Shown piece after piece: positions 48,309 through 58,932 of a stretch of DNA of 64,000 bases; positions within the stretch are counted from its first letter, which is position 1; the number at the start of each line of letters is the position of its first letter. Both the position numbers and the translations under genes were made by a program. Source of the DNA: Bacillales bacterium UBA1709. Its GTDB lineage: Bacteria; Bacillota_I; Bacilli_A; RFN20; UBA1709. The notes under the pieces were generated by a model. That model was given only the letters and a program-made list of their open reading frames with translations, had not been told where the DNA came from and did not search any database. The stretch spans positions 8,486 to 72,485 of the forward strand of contig DCJD01000010.1 of the NCBI GenBank assembly GCA_002317215.1. The letters are read 5' to 3'.

Positions 48309-48776
48309 GTGGTTAATATTTATATTTATTCTAATCTAATTAGTAATGAAGATATCATTAATGATATCTTAAAACAGTTTGATAATAATGTTTCTTTAGA
48401 ACATGATAAAAACGGCAAACCATATCTACTCAATTCTAATATGTTTATTAGTTTTAGCGATAGTGATGATTATAAAGTTGTTGGAATAAGTGATATTGAT
48501 ATTGGAATCGATATTGAACACATTAAAGAACATAACTATCAAAGAGTTGTTAATAAAATGTTTAGTAAAGAAAAAACATTAATTAATAATTTAGATGATT
48601 TTATTAATTATTGGACTAAAAAAGAAGCGATATCCAAATTAGAAGGTCTTGGTTTAAAACTAAACTTTAATAAAATAGATTTATCCAAGTATCAAATAAT
48701 TACTAATAAAATTAATGATTATTATCTATCAATTGCGTCAAATACTAAGACAACTTATCAAATAATATATAAATAA
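48309..48776 (+). CDS. 4'-phosphopantetheinyl transferase (Sfp/AcpS superfamily)
   Basis: Ordered PPTase motifs: HDKNGKPYL (GKP), FISFSDSD (F-x-S-H/F-S), GIDIEHI (G-x-D-x-E), WTKKEAISK (W-x-x-KEA-x-x-K). Confidence 0.6.
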   Translation: MVNIYIYSNLISNEDIINDILKQFDNNVSLEHDKNGKPYLLNSNMFISFSDSDDYKVVGISDIDIGIDIEHIKEHNYQRVVNKMFSKEKTLINNLDDFINYWTKKEAISKLEGLGLKLNFNKIDLSKYQIITNKINDYYLSIASNTKTTYQIIYK

Positions 48777-48800
48777 AAGGGTATTTAATACCCTTTTATT
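48776..48800 (+). terminator. hairpin aagggtattt-aat-acccttt plus T-run
   Basis: Inverted repeat plus TTATTGTGTTTT. Confidence 0.5.
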
Positions 48801-48807
48801 GTGTTTT

Positions 48808-49539
48808 ATGAGTTATATAGTTAAAATAATAGGGATGGAAAGATTACAAAAGATTATTGCACAATCAGGTCTTTGTTCTAGAAGAAAAGCCGAAGAATTA
48901 ATTCTAGATAATAAAGTTATGGTGAATGGGAAAATTATTAATATACTTGGCAGTCAAGCAAGTTTTGATGATGAAATAATAGTTGATGGTAAAAAACTTA
49001 ATCTTGAAAAGAAAGTTTATTATATCTTAAACAAACCATCAAATTATATAACCACTACTAGCGATACCCATAATAGAAAAACCGTTATGGAACTAGTTAG
49101 CGGTATTAAAGAAAGAATCTACCCTGTTGGTAGATTAGATATTGATACAACAGGTTTACTTATTTTAACTAACGATGGAGAGCTTGATAATCATTTAATC
49201 CATCCCCGTTATGAAATTGTTAAAGAATATATTGCTTTATGTAAACCATCCATTAAAAAAGAAGATTTGAAGAAATTAGAAGAAGGAATAATCTTAGAAG
49301 ATGGATTTGTTAAAGCAAACGAAGTTAAGATATTAAGGACTGATTCTTCTAATACTCTAATCTCACTTAAAATAAGTGTTGGTAAGAAACATATTGTTAA
49401 AAGAATGGTAGAGTATTTAGACAGTAAAGTTATTCAACTTCAAAGGGTAGCAATAGACTTTCTAACTCTTGGAGATTTAGAAGTTGGTAAATATCGTAAA
49501 CTAACGGATGAAGAAGTAGAAAAATTAAAGAAATTATAA
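48808..49539 (+). CDS. pseudouridine synthase, RsuA/RluB family (S4 domain plus catalytic domain); the start may instead be the ATG at 48835
   Basis: S4-like N-terminus LQKIIAQSGLCSRRKAEELI. Catalytic motif PVGRLDIDTTGLLILTNDG. Confidence 0.8.
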   Translation: MSYIVKIIGMERLQKIIAQSGLCSRRKAEELILDNKVMVNGKIINILGSQASFDDEIIVDGKKLNLEKKVYYILNKPSNYITTTSDTHNRKTVMELVSGIKERIYPVGRLDIDTTGLLILTNDGELDNHLIHPRYEIVKEYIALCKPSIKKEDLKKLEEGIILEDGFVKANEVKILRTDSSNTLISLKISVGKKHIVKRMVEYLDSKVIQLQRVAIDFLTLGDLEVGKYRKLTDEEVEKLKKL

Positions 49540-49550
49540 GGAGAATAAAT

Positions 49551-50117
49551 ATGAAATTAATAGTAGGAATTGGCAATCCTGGATTAGAATATCAATTAAC
49601 TCGTCATAATGTAGGCTTTATGGTAATTGATCATTTAGCTATTAAACTTGGTTATAAACTAGATAATTTTAAGGATGGTTATTTTGGTGGTTATATTAAA
49701 ACTAAGATTAATAATGAAGATGTTATATTATTTAAACCATATACATATATGAATGATAGCGGAAGAGGTGTTATCGCTATTGTTAACTTCTTTAAAATTA
49801 ATCTTGATGATATTGTAGTAATTCATGATGATTTAGATTTAGAAACTGGATATCTAAGAATTAGAAAAAACGGAGGAAGTGGGGGACATAATGGAATAAA
49901 ATCCATTATATCTAATCTAAACAGCGAAGAATTTAAAAGAATTAGAATTGGTATTGCTAAAGATAAAAATATCGATGTAGTTAATTATGTTTTAGGCAAA
50001 TTTACTAAAGAAGAACAAACTTTAATTAAACCTACTTTAGATCTTGCAAGCAACGCTATTATTGATATGACAACTAATACATTTGATAATGTAATGAATA
50101 AATATAATAAAAGATAA
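49551..50117 (+). CDS. pth: peptidyl-tRNA hydrolase
   Basis: Pth N-terminus LIVGIGNPG and the HNG motif. Confidence 0.9.
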   Translation: MKLIVGIGNPGLEYQLTRHNVGFMVIDHLAIKLGYKLDNFKDGYFGGYIKTKINNEDVILFKPYTYMNDSGRGVIAIVNFFKINLDDIVVIHDDLDLETGYLRIRKNGGSGGHNGIKSIISNLNSEEFKRIRIGIAKDKNIDVVNYVLGKFTKEEQTLIKPTLDLASNAIIDMTTNTFDNVMNKYNKR

Positions 50118-53100
50118 TGGATAAACTATTAAAATTATTAGAAAAAGATGAAGCAGTTACTAAACTAAATCTTAATAATAGTACTGTTATATCGTTAGAT
50201 AATTCTATTGAAGCTTTATTGATCGCTTCATCTTTTTATAATAATCCTAAAAAACTTGTTATTGTGGTTAATAGTTTATATAACGCAACTAGATTATATG
50301 ATCGTTTAAATGATTTATTAGATTATGAGAATATATATCTATTCCCAAGTGATGAATCTTTCTTATTAGAATCGCTTGCTAGCAATAAAGAATATATTTA
50401 TCAAAGAATTAATGTATTAAATAAGATATCTAATCTTAACAATTATATTCTAATACTTCATACAGCAAGTTTAGTTAGATATTTACCATCTAAAGAATTA
50501 TTCAATAAGAATAGAATAAGTCTTAAGATAGGCGATATTATTAAACCTACTGATTTAGTTAAATTATTAATCGATAATGGATATGAATACTATTCTCATA
50601 TCTCTTCTCCTTTACAATATTCTATAAGAGGGGGAGTTATTGATATATATTCAATCAATAATGATAATCCAATTAGAATAGAATTTTTTGATGATGAAAT
50701 TGAATCAATTCGTTATTTTGATATTGATAGTCAATTAACCATCTCAAAAACAAATAGCGTTGATATTATTAGTGCGAGTGATTTAATAATTGATTCAAGT
50801 AATATTGATAAATTAATAGATAAATTAAATAGTAAGAAAAATGGAACTTTAATTGATAGTGAGATAGATTATGAGATTAGTTTATTAAATACATCTCTTC
50901 CTTACTATTTAATTTATAAATATTATAAGGATTTAAATCCAGATTATAGTTCAATATTAGATTATATAAAGGATTCAAAAATAATCTTAATCGATAAAGA
51001 TGGTATTATTGATAATTTTGATTTAATAAGTAGCGATAATAAAGATAAAGAATCTTTATATTTTAATATCTTGGATATTATTCGTAACTTTAAAGATATA
51101 AGTTATATAAATAGAATCAAAACTAAAGATAATCAAATTGAATTTAAAGTTATGGATGCCCCTAGTATCAATGGAAACTATAAAACTTTTGATGCGATTA
51201 TAAAAGAATATTTAAATAAGAAATATAAGATTATCTTATGCATTGATAATAAGTCTCAATTTGATTGTATAGAACAATATTGTAAGGAATCTAATTTTAC
51301 ATATTCAGATTATTCTTTAAATAAGAATACTGATATATATTATTCTTTTAAACCTTTAAAAGAAGGATTTGAATTAACAAACTATAAAATATTATATTTA
51401 AGCAGCCATGAGATATTTGGAGTAAAAAATAAATCTAGTCAATTTTATGTTAAATATAAATCTAGCAGTGAGTTAAGTAATATTGATAGTTTAGTAATTG
51501 GAGATTATGTTGTACATGAGGATTATGGTATTGGACAATTCGAAGGGATTGAAATATTAGAAACAAATGGCATCCACAAAGACTATTTAAAACTAAAATA
51601 TGGGAATAATAGTAATGTATTTATTCCAGTTGAATCCTTTAAAAGCGTAAGAAAATATGTTGGAAGAGATGGAGTTAGTCCAAAATTATCAAATATTGGA
51701 TCAAAAGAATGGATTCATACTAAAGAAAAGATAAAGAAAAGATTAGAAGAATTAACTAAAGATCTAATGAACTTATATCTTAATAGAACAAAAGAAATCG
51801 GTTTTGCCTTCCAAAAAGATGAAGAATACCAAAAAGAATTTGAAAATGCTTTTCCATATGATTTAACTATTGATCAACAAAATAGTTTAAATGAGATTAA
51901 AAATGATATGGAAAAGCCTCTACCAATGGATAGATTATTGTGCGGGGATGTTGGGTTTGGTAAAACCGAACTAGCTTTTAGAGCGGCTTTTAAAGCGATT
52001 GTTAATCACAAGCAAGTCGCCCTTCTTTGTCCAACTACAGTTTTAGCGATGCAACATTATAAAGTTGCTCTTGAGAGATTTAAAAACTTTCCTGTATCAA
52101 TTGAATTAGTATCTAGATTAGTTACTAGTTCTAAACTTAAAAAGATATATGAGAGAATAGAAAAAGGACAAGTCGATTTCATTATTGGAACACATAAATT
52201 ATTAAGCAAAGATATTAAATATAAAGATCTAGGATTATTGATTGTCGATGAAGAACAAAGATTTGGTGTAGAACATAAAGAAAAGATTAAAAGACTTAAA
52301 AATGGTGTAGACGTACTAACTTTATCAGCCACTCCAATTCCTCGAACTATGCAATCAAGTTTAGTTGGTATTAGATCTATGTCGCAAATAGAAACTCCAA
52401 TATCAAATCGATTAGCTGTTCAAACATATGTCTTAGAAAGAAATCTAAATCTAGCAAAAGAGATTATTCAAAGGGAATTATCTAGAAATGGTCAAATATT
52501 TTATATCCATAATAATATTGATACGATTTATGCTTTAGAATCTAAACTATATGAATTATTGCCTAATATTAAAATAGCTATAATACACGGACGAATGAAT
52601 AAAGATGAAATTGAAGATAGAATGATGGATTTTGTAAAAGGAGATGTAGATCTATTACTTTCTACTACCATTATTGAAAATGGTATCGATATTCCAAATG
52701 CTAATACTATTATTATTGATGAAGCAGATAGATTTGGTTTAAGTCAGCTTTATCAATTAAAAGGAAGAGTTGGTAGAAGTGAGAAACTTGGATATTGTTA
52801 TTTATTCTATAATCCTAATAAGCAAATGAATGAAAACGCTATTAAAAGATTAAAAGCTATAAAAGAATTTAGTGAATTAGGTAGTGGATATAAGATAGCA
52901 CTTCGTGATTTAACTATAAGAGGGGCAGGAGACTTGCTTGGTAAAGAACAAGCAGGATTTATTGATTGTATTGGTATTGATATGTATTTAAATATGCTTC
53001 AAGAAGCTATTGATAAGAATAATAATCCTAACATTATTGAAGAAAAAGATGTTACTAAAGATTTTAAACTAGATGCTTATATACCAGAGAAGTTTACTAA

Positions 53101-53506
53101 TGAATATTTAGATAAAATAGATATATATAAGAAAATATCTAATCTAAAGAAATTTGAAGAACTAGTTAAATACAAAGATAATCTAAATGATATGTATGGT
53201 AAATTGCCTAAAGAAGTAGAACTATTATTAGAAAAAAGAAGATTAGAACTATATATCAAAGAAGATGTTATTGATGATATTATTGAGAAAAGTGTTGAAT
53301 ATGAAGTTGTGCTAACCGAGAAAAGTAGTCAAATTAATAATATTGGTGTAGAAATATTTGATATTGTTAATAAAATATCTAAGGATATGTTACTTACTTA
53401 TAAAGAAAATAAGATTAGAATAATCATCTCTAAGAAAGATGATAAGTGGTTAGAACATGCTAATCTATTATTATTAAGATTAAAAGAATTATTTAGTAGA
53501 TATTAA
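50117..53506 (+). CDS. mfd: transcription-repair coupling factor
   Basis: Size. Superfamily-2 helicase motifs (GDVGFGKTE, DEEQRFG). Position after pth. Confidence 0.9.
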   Translation: MDKLLKLLEKDEAVTKLNLNNSTVISLDNSIEALLIASSFYNNPKKLVIVVNSLYNATRLYDRLNDLLDYENIYLFPSDESFLLESLASNKEYIYQRINVLNKISNLNNYILILHTASLVRYLPSKELFNKNRISLKIGDIIKPTDLVKLLIDNGYEYYSHISSPLQYSIRGGVIDIYSINNDNPIRIEFFDDEIESIRYFDIDSQLTISKTNSVDIISASDLIIDSSNIDKLIDKLNSKKNGTLIDSEIDYEISLLNTSLPYYLIYKYYKDLNPDYSSILDYIKDSKIILIDKDGIIDNFDLISSDNKDKESLYFNILDIIRNFKDISYINRIKTKDNQIEFKVMDAPSINGNYKTFDAIIKEYLNKKYKIILCIDNKSQFDCIEQYCKESNFTYSDYSLNKNTDIYYSFKPLKEGFELTNYKILYLSSHEIFGVKNKSSQFYVKYKSSSELSNIDSLVIGDYVVHEDYGIGQFEGIEILETNGIHKDYLKLKYGNNSNVFIPVESFKSVRKYVGRDGVSPKLSNIGSKEWIHTKEKIKKRLEELTKDLMNLYLNRTKEIGFAFQKDEEYQKEFENAFPYDLTIDQQNSLNEIKNDMEKPLPMDRLLCGDVGFGKTELAFRAAFKAIVNHKQVALLCPTTVLAMQHYKVALERFKNFPVSIELVSRLVTSSKLKKIYERIEKGQVDFIIGTHKLLSKDIKYKDLGLLIVDEEQRFGVEHKEKIKRLKNGVDVLTLSATPIPRTMQSSLVGIRSMSQIETPISNRLAVQTYVLERNLNLAKEIIQRELSRNGQIFYIHNNIDTIYALESKLYELLPNIKIAIIHGRMNKDEIEDRMMDFVKGDVDLLLSTTIIENGIDIPNANTIIIDEADRFGLSQLYQLKGRVGRSEKLGYCYLFYNPNKQMNENAIKRLKAIKEFSELGSGYKIALRDLTIRGAGDLLGKEQAGFIDCIGIDMYLNMLQEAIDKNNNPNIIEEKDVTKDFKLDAYIPEKFTNEYLDKIDIYKKISNLKKFEELVKYKDNLNDMYGKLPKEVELLLEKRRLELYIKEDVIDDIIEKSVEYEVVLTEKSSQINNIGVEIFDIVNKISKDMLLTYKENKIRIIISKKDDKWLEHANLLLLRLKELFSRY

Positions 53507-53532
53507 AAAAATCGCTCTAGGAGCGATTTTTA
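53507..53532. terminator. bidirectional hairpin aaatcgctc-tagg-agcgattt
   Basis: Inverted repeat flanked by A/T runs. Confidence 0.6.
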
Positions 53533-53859
53533 TTATATTTGATTTAAGATATCGTTAATATCATTTATTAGATTAGTTACTTCTTCTTTATATGTATTAT
53601 ATTGTTGATACAAAGGATTAGTATTTAATTCATTTTTGATAAGTTCTATTTGAGTTAATATCTTATCTTTAGAATCATTTAAAGAATCACGAATCTCTTT
53701 GCATAATTTCTTATTTAATTCTTCTAATTTATTATTTAGTTCGTTAATAGAACAATCGTTTGCAATTTGATTTGCCAAATAATTATATTTTTTAATTAAC
53801 TCATCTTGTTTTAAAGTATTATTGATATCATTAATTTTATCATCAATATTACTCATCAA
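53533..53859 (-). CDS. hypothetical coiled-coil protein
   Basis: ORF only. Heptad-like sequence rich in N/K/E/L. Overlaps the end of miaB. Confidence 0.35.
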   Translation of the reverse strand: MMSNIDDKINDINNTLKQDELIKKYNYLANQIANDCSINELNNKLEELNKKLCKEIRDSLNDSKDKILTQIELIKNELNTNPLYQQYNTYKEEVTNLINDINDILNQI

Positions 53860-55291
53860 CTTGTACTCCTTCTAATGTAAATGCTTTACCTTTTAATATC
53901 TTAACTTTTACTATTTTACCAATAGAATTAGGATTTCCTTTAAAGTTAACTAGTTTATTTTCTTCACTATATCCAGATAATATATCAGGATTTCTTTTGC
54001 TTGGTCCATCAACTAATACTTTTAATATCTTTCCTTCTTGTTCAACATTTCTTAATTTGGCATATTTCTTAGTTGCTTCTATTAATCTTTCTAATCTTTT
54101 TGATTTAGTTTGACTACTTATCTCATCTTTCATTAAATAAGCTGGTGTTCCTGGACGAGGAGAGAATATAAAGGTATATGCTCCATCATATTTACATTCA
54201 TCAACTATTTTCATTGTATTCTCAAATGCTTCATCAGATTCATTTGGGAATCCAACAATTATATCTGTTGTAATAGCAACATTTGGGATGGTAGAACGAA
54301 TTAGATTATATAGTTCTAAATATTCTTTAAAAGTATATCTTCTTCCCATTCGTTTCAATATTTCATCATCCCCAGATTGCAATGGTAAATGAACATAAGG
54401 CATGATGTTTGGATAGTCTCTAATAGCTTCAATCATCCCTTTAGTAAAGTTCCAAGGATGGGAAGTGGTAAATCGAATACGAGGAATATTAGTTTTTGCA
54501 ACTTCTTTTAATAAATCTTCAAAGTTATATCCAAGATTTAAATCATTTCCATAGGCATTTACGTTTTGACCAAGTAATGTAATTTCTTGATATCCTTCTC
54601 TAACAAGTTCATTAACTTCTTTGATAATATCTTCTTTTAGTCTGCTTCTTTCTTTTCCTCTAGTATATGGAACTACACAATATGTACAAAACTTATCACA
54701 TCCATACATAATATTTACCCAAGCTTTAGTTTTAGAATCTCTAACACTAGGCAAATCTTCATATACTTCCCCTTCTTTAGAATATACTTGAACAATCTTT
54801 TCTTTAGATAAATAAGCTTGATATAGTAAGTCTGGAAGATTTGAAATATTATGCGTTCCAAAGATTAGATCGACTTGGTTATTAGTCGATAGTATTTTAG
54901 AAATGGTTGTTTCTTGCTGGGCCATACAACCACATAAAGCAAATACTAAATCTGGATTATTTCTTTTTAAAACTCTTAAATGACCAATTTCTCCAAACAC
55001 TCTTTCATTAGCATTTTCTCTAATGGCACAAGTATTTAGAATAATAACATCACTTTCTTCTAAACTATTTGCTTTACTATATCCAATCTTTTCTAATATA
55101 CCAGATATTATTTCTCCATCTCTTTCGTTAGCTTGGCAACCAAATGTTCTAACAGTATATTTTTTATTTCTAGCGATATCTATTAATTCATTTGGTATTA
55201 TTAAAGAAGAATAGATGATATCTACTTTGTTTTTTGATCTAAAAGCGGCAACTTTAGAATCTGGTTTAATTAAATATTTATTTTCTTCCAT
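53849..55291 (-). CDS. miaB: tRNA-2-methylthio-N6-dimethylallyladenosine synthase (radical SAM methylthiotransferase)
   Basis: Three-Cys N-terminal cluster (FGCQANERD). Radical SAM CxxxCxxC. C-terminal TRAM domain. Confidence 0.8.
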   Translation of the reverse strand: MEENKYLIKPDSKVAAFRSKNKVDIIYSSLIIPNELIDIARNKKYTVRTFGCQANERDGEIISGILEKIGYSKANSLEESDVIILNTCAIRENANERVFGEIGHLRVLKRNNPDLVFALCGCMAQQETTISKILSTNNQVDLIFGTHNISNLPDLLYQAYLSKEKIVQVYSKEGEVYEDLPSVRDSKTKAWVNIMYGCDKFCTYCVVPYTRGKERSRLKEDIIKEVNELVREGYQEITLLGQNVNAYGNDLNLGYNFEDLLKEVAKTNIPRIRFTTSHPWNFTKGMIEAIRDYPNIMPYVHLPLQSGDDEILKRMGRRYTFKEYLELYNLIRSTIPNVAITTDIIVGFPNESDEAFENTMKIVDECKYDGAYTFIFSPRPGTPAYLMKDEISSQTKSKRLERLIEATKKYAKLRNVEQEGKILKVLVDGPSKRNPDILSGYSEENKLVNFKGNPNSIGKIVKVKILKGKAFTLEGVQVDE

Positions 55292-56070
55292 TATTCTTCC
55301 TCTACTATATTAATTCTTTCTATTTTATTAGTTTTTCCAGTTTTTTCATCAATATCAATAATAACTCCATTTACTTGCCCTATTCCATCAGCAACTTCAA
55401 ATCTAACTGGAGTTCCCATATATTTTTTCATAACTGTATCAACAGTACTTCCAATAACACTATGATATGGACCACACATTCCAACATCACTAATATATGC
55501 TGTCCCTTTAGTTAATATTTTCTCATCAGCTGTTTGAATATGAGTATGAGTTCCAAGAACACAACTAACTCTTCCATTAACATAATTAGCAAAGGCAAGT
55601 TTTTCACTGCATACTTCCCCATGATATTCAATTATTTCAATAGTATTTTCGTTTCTAATTAAAAACTTATCAATCATATCAAAAGGATTTTCTTGTCCAA
55701 AATCTTTCATAAATGTGGTTGCAAGTAATACAGTAACTCTTATATCAATATCGTTTACTTTAAATACTCTACTTCCTTCTCCACTACTATATTTATTGAT
55801 ATTTAATGGACGAACTAGTTTAGTAGTATTTAAGAAATAAGAATTATTCTCATCTCGACTAAAAAAGTGATTACCAACTGTAATACAATCGATCCCACTA
55901 TTAATTAATTCATTATAATGATCAAATGATAATCCTCTACCATGAGTAGCGTTTTCTCCATTTGCCATAACAAAATCAACCTTATATTTGTTTTTTAAAA
56001 TAGGAAGATATTTAATAACTACTTCTCTTCCAATCTTACCAAATATATCTCCAAACATTAGAATTTTCAT
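55291..56070 (-). CDS. ymdB: YmdB-family metallophosphoesterase (2',3'-cyclic nucleotide phosphodiesterase); start set at MKILMFGDIFG
   Basis: Strong resemblance to B. subtilis YmdB (MRILFIGDVVG...GENAAHG...GTHTHVQTAD). Conserved rny-ymdB gene order. Confidence 0.8.
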   Translation of the reverse strand: MKILMFGDIFGKIGREVVIKYLPILKNKYKVDFVMANGENATHGRGLSFDHYNELINSGIDCITVGNHFFSRDENNSYFLNTTKLVRPLNINKYSSGEGSRVFKVNDIDIRVTVLLATTFMKDFGQENPFDMIDKFLIRNENTIEIIEYHGEVCSEKLAFANYVNGRVSCVLGTHTHIQTADEKILTKGTAYISDVGMCGPYHSVIGSTVDTVMKKYMGTPVRFEVADGIGQVNGVIIDIDEKTGKTNKIERINIVEEE

Positions 56071-56087
56071 ATCATAGATTATAGCAT

Positions 56088-56123
56088 AATAAAATAGACT
56101 AGTCATTAAGACTAGTCTATTTC
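56088..56123 (-). promoter_or_regulatory. long hairpin aatagactagtc-atta-gactagtctatt between rny and ymdB (intra-operon terminator/processing hairpin)
   Basis: Near-perfect 12-bp inverted repeat read from the sequence. The ATG at 56106 that the ORF track uses lies inside it. Confidence 0.45.
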
Positions 56124-57698
56124 TTATTTAGCAATTTCGTTTGCTCTTACTTCTCTAATAACTGTTACTTTGATTTGACCAGGATATGTTAATTCATTTT
56201 CAATCTTTTCTCTAATATCTTTAGCAAGTTTATAAGATTTTAAATCATCAACTTCTTCTGGGGTAACCATTACTCTAATTTCTCTACCAGCACTGATAGC
56301 GAAAGCTTCTTTTACTCCTTTAAATCCTTTAGAAATAGATTCAAGTTTTTCAATTCTTTCAATGTAATTTTCCATTGATTCACTTCTAGCTCCTGGACGT
56401 GCTGCACTTAATGTATCCGCAGCAATAACTAAATTAGCGTATAGAGTTTGTGGTTCAACTTGACCATGATGAGCTTCAATAGCATTTAATACTACATCAT
56501 TTTCACCATATTTCTTAGCCATCTTAACTCCTAAATCAACGTGGCTTCCTTCTTGTTCAAAATCTAATGCTTTACCTAAGTCGTGAAGTAAACCACAACG
56601 TTTAGCAAGCATTTGATCAGCACCAAGTTCGGCAGCCATTAGTCCGCACAAGATTGCTACTTGTTTAGAATGTTGTAGACCGTTTTGTCCATAACTAGTT
56701 CTATATTTTAGTTTACCAATAGTATCAGTAATTTCTTTAGCCATATTATTGATACCAAGTTCAAATAAAGTATCTTCACCAGCTTTATGAATAATCTCAT
56801 TAATTTCTTCTTTTGATTTATTAACGATTTCTTCAATTCTTCCAGGTTGGATTCTGCCATCTTTAATTAAGATTTCTAAAGAATGTTTAGCAATTTCTCT
56901 TCTAATTGGATCAAAACAAGATACTGTAATTACTTCTGGTGTATCATCAACAATTAAATCAACCCCAGTTAACTGTTCAATAGCTCTAATATTTCTTCCA
57001 TCTCTACCAATGATTCTTCCTTTTAAATCATCACTTGGTAAAGTAACTGAACTAGTAGTTCTTTCATTAGCAACATCTTGAGAATATTTCTCAATAGCAA
57101 GTGCTAATATGTTTTGTGCTTTAGAATTTGCTTTATCATGAGCATTTTCTTCAGCTTCTTTTAGGAACTTAGCAACATCTAAAGCAGACTTTTCTTTTGC
57201 TATTTCCATAATCTTTTCTTTAGCTTGATTAACAGTTAACTTAGCAATATTTTCTATTTGTTCATCAATACTATTTTCTTTTTCTTCTAGACTCTTTTCT
57301 CTTTTATCTAGGTCATCCGATCTTTGATGCAATTGATTTTGTTTATTATCAAGCATTGCTTCTTTAGATTGTAAAGAAGCATCTCTTTTATCAATATTTG
57401 CTTCTCTTTGTAATAATCTATTTTCTTGATCAGATAATTCTTTCTTTTTAGTTCTAATTTCTTCTTCTGCTTCTGCCTTTAATTCTTTAACAACACTTTT
57501 ACCTTCATTTTGAGCATTAGTAATAATTTCTGTTGCTTTATTAGTGGCATTAAGCTTTAAATTCTCAGCAGTTTCATTAGCTTTTTTGATTTTTGAATTA
57601 CTTGAAAAAACATCAATCAAAAGAGTTGTGAATATACCAAGTATTAGACCTACTATACCTAGAATAAGAGAAACAAATCCTATCTCTGATAGAATCAT
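56124..57698 (-). CDS. rny: ribonuclease Y
   Basis: N-terminal TM, coiled coil, KH domain, and HD domain (HDLGK). Confidence 0.9.
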   Translation of the reverse strand: MILSEIGFVSLILGIVGLILGIFTTLLIDVFSSNSKIKKANETAENLKLNATNKATEIITNAQNEGKSVVKELKAEAEEEIRTKKKELSDQENRLLQREANIDKRDASLQSKEAMLDNKQNQLHQRSDDLDKREKSLEEKENSIDEQIENIAKLTVNQAKEKIMEIAKEKSALDVAKFLKEAEENAHDKANSKAQNILALAIEKYSQDVANERTTSSVTLPSDDLKGRIIGRDGRNIRAIEQLTGVDLIVDDTPEVITVSCFDPIRREIAKHSLEILIKDGRIQPGRIEEIVNKSKEEINEIIHKAGEDTLFELGINNMAKEITDTIGKLKYRTSYGQNGLQHSKQVAILCGLMAAELGADQMLAKRCGLLHDLGKALDFEQEGSHVDLGVKMAKKYGENDVVLNAIEAHHGQVEPQTLYANLVIAADTLSAARPGARSESMENYIERIEKLESISKGFKGVKEAFAISAGREIRVMVTPEEVDDLKSYKLAKDIREKIENELTYPGQIKVTVIREVRANEIAK

Positions 57699-57808
57699 TT
57701 TGTTTCCTCCTATTTAAAATCAAGTGTGTATTAATAATAAATACATATTTATTATAAATAAATTATTATTGTTTCTCAACCCAATATAAATAATAGTATA
57801 ATAAATAT

Positions 57809-58393
57809 ATGATTATTCTTGGGACTAGTAATTTAAATAAATTAAAGGAATATCAAAAAATAGTTCCTTCTTTTGATTTTAAATTAATGGATAAGATGGA
57901 TATTATTGAAAACGGATATAGTTTTATGGAAAATGCTACTATTAAAGCAAATGCTGTATATGAAAAATATCATGAAACAGTATTATGCGATGATAGTGGA
58001 CTTGAGATATTAGCATTAAAAGGATTCCCAGGTATATATAGTAGTAGATTTGAAAGTGGAAGAGGATTTAAGAAAACTTGTGAAGATTTACTAGATAAAT
58101 TAAAAGATTATCAAGATAGAAGAGCTAGATTTGTCTGTTGTGTAGTAATGATTGATAAATATGGTGATAAATATAGTGCTATTGGATATTTAAATGGAAC
58201 AATAGCATATGAATATTTAGGAGATAATGGATTTGGATATGATCCTATATTTATCCCAGATGGCTATAATAAAACACTAGGGCAATTAGATGAAGAAACT
58301 AAAAATAAGATTAGTCATCGCTATCTTGCAATGACTAATCTTATTAATAAATTACCTCAAAGAATATTAAGGAGATTAAACAATAATGATTAA
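57809..58393 (+). CDS. rdgB: non-canonical purine NTP pyrophosphatase (RdgB/HAM1 family)
   Basis: HAM1 motifs (GTSNLNK, FGYDPIF). Confidence 0.85.
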   Translation: MIILGTSNLNKLKEYQKIVPSFDFKLMDKMDIIENGYSFMENATIKANAVYEKYHETVLCDDSGLEILALKGFPGIYSSRFESGRGFKKTCEDLLDKLKDYQDRRARFVCCVVMIDKYGDKYSAIGYLNGTIAYEYLGDNGFGYDPIFIPDGYNKTLGQLDEETKNKISHRYLAMTNLINKLPQRILRRLNNND

Positions 58394-58895
58394 TATAATA
58401 TTATATCAGCCAGAAAAACCAAGTAACGTTGGAAATATCATGCGTACAGTTGCATGTACAGATTCTAAATTAATCATTATTGGTCCATTATCTTTTAAAT
58501 TAGATGATGATAGTTTAAAAAGAGCTGGAATGGATTATTTGATTGGCCTTAATTATGAATATATTGAAACATTAGATGAGTTCTTTAAAAAATATCATGA
58601 AAAAGAAATATTCTATATAACTAGATATGGTAAACAAGTGTATAGTAATGCTAACTTAACTAATAAAGATATATATGTTATGTTTGGAAGAGAATCAAGT
58701 GGTATTCCATATGATTTATTAGCTAATAATATTGATAGATGTTTAAGACTACCAATGAAAGTAGATTCAAGAAGTTTAAATTTAAGCAATTGTGTTGCAA
58801 TAATTACTTATGAAATATTAAGACAACAAAACTTTAATGATTTAGCTACATTAGATTATTTAAAGGGTGAAGATTTCTTAGAAAATCATAAATAA
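58386..58895 (+). CDS. trmL: tRNA (cytidine/uridine-2'-O)-methyltransferase TrmL (SpoU family)
   Basis: SPOUT motifs (PSNVGNIMRT, FGRESSGIP). Confidence 0.8.
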   Translation: MINIILYQPEKPSNVGNIMRTVACTDSKLIIIGPLSFKLDDDSLKRAGMDYLIGLNYEYIETLDEFFKKYHEKEIFYITRYGKQVYSNANLTNKDIYVMFGRESSGIPYDLLANNIDRCLRLPMKVDSRSLNLSNCVAIITYEILRQQNFNDLATLDYLKGEDFLENHK

Positions 58896-58932
58896 AAAAG
58901 ATTGGATAATTCCAATCTTTTTAAGTATTTAA

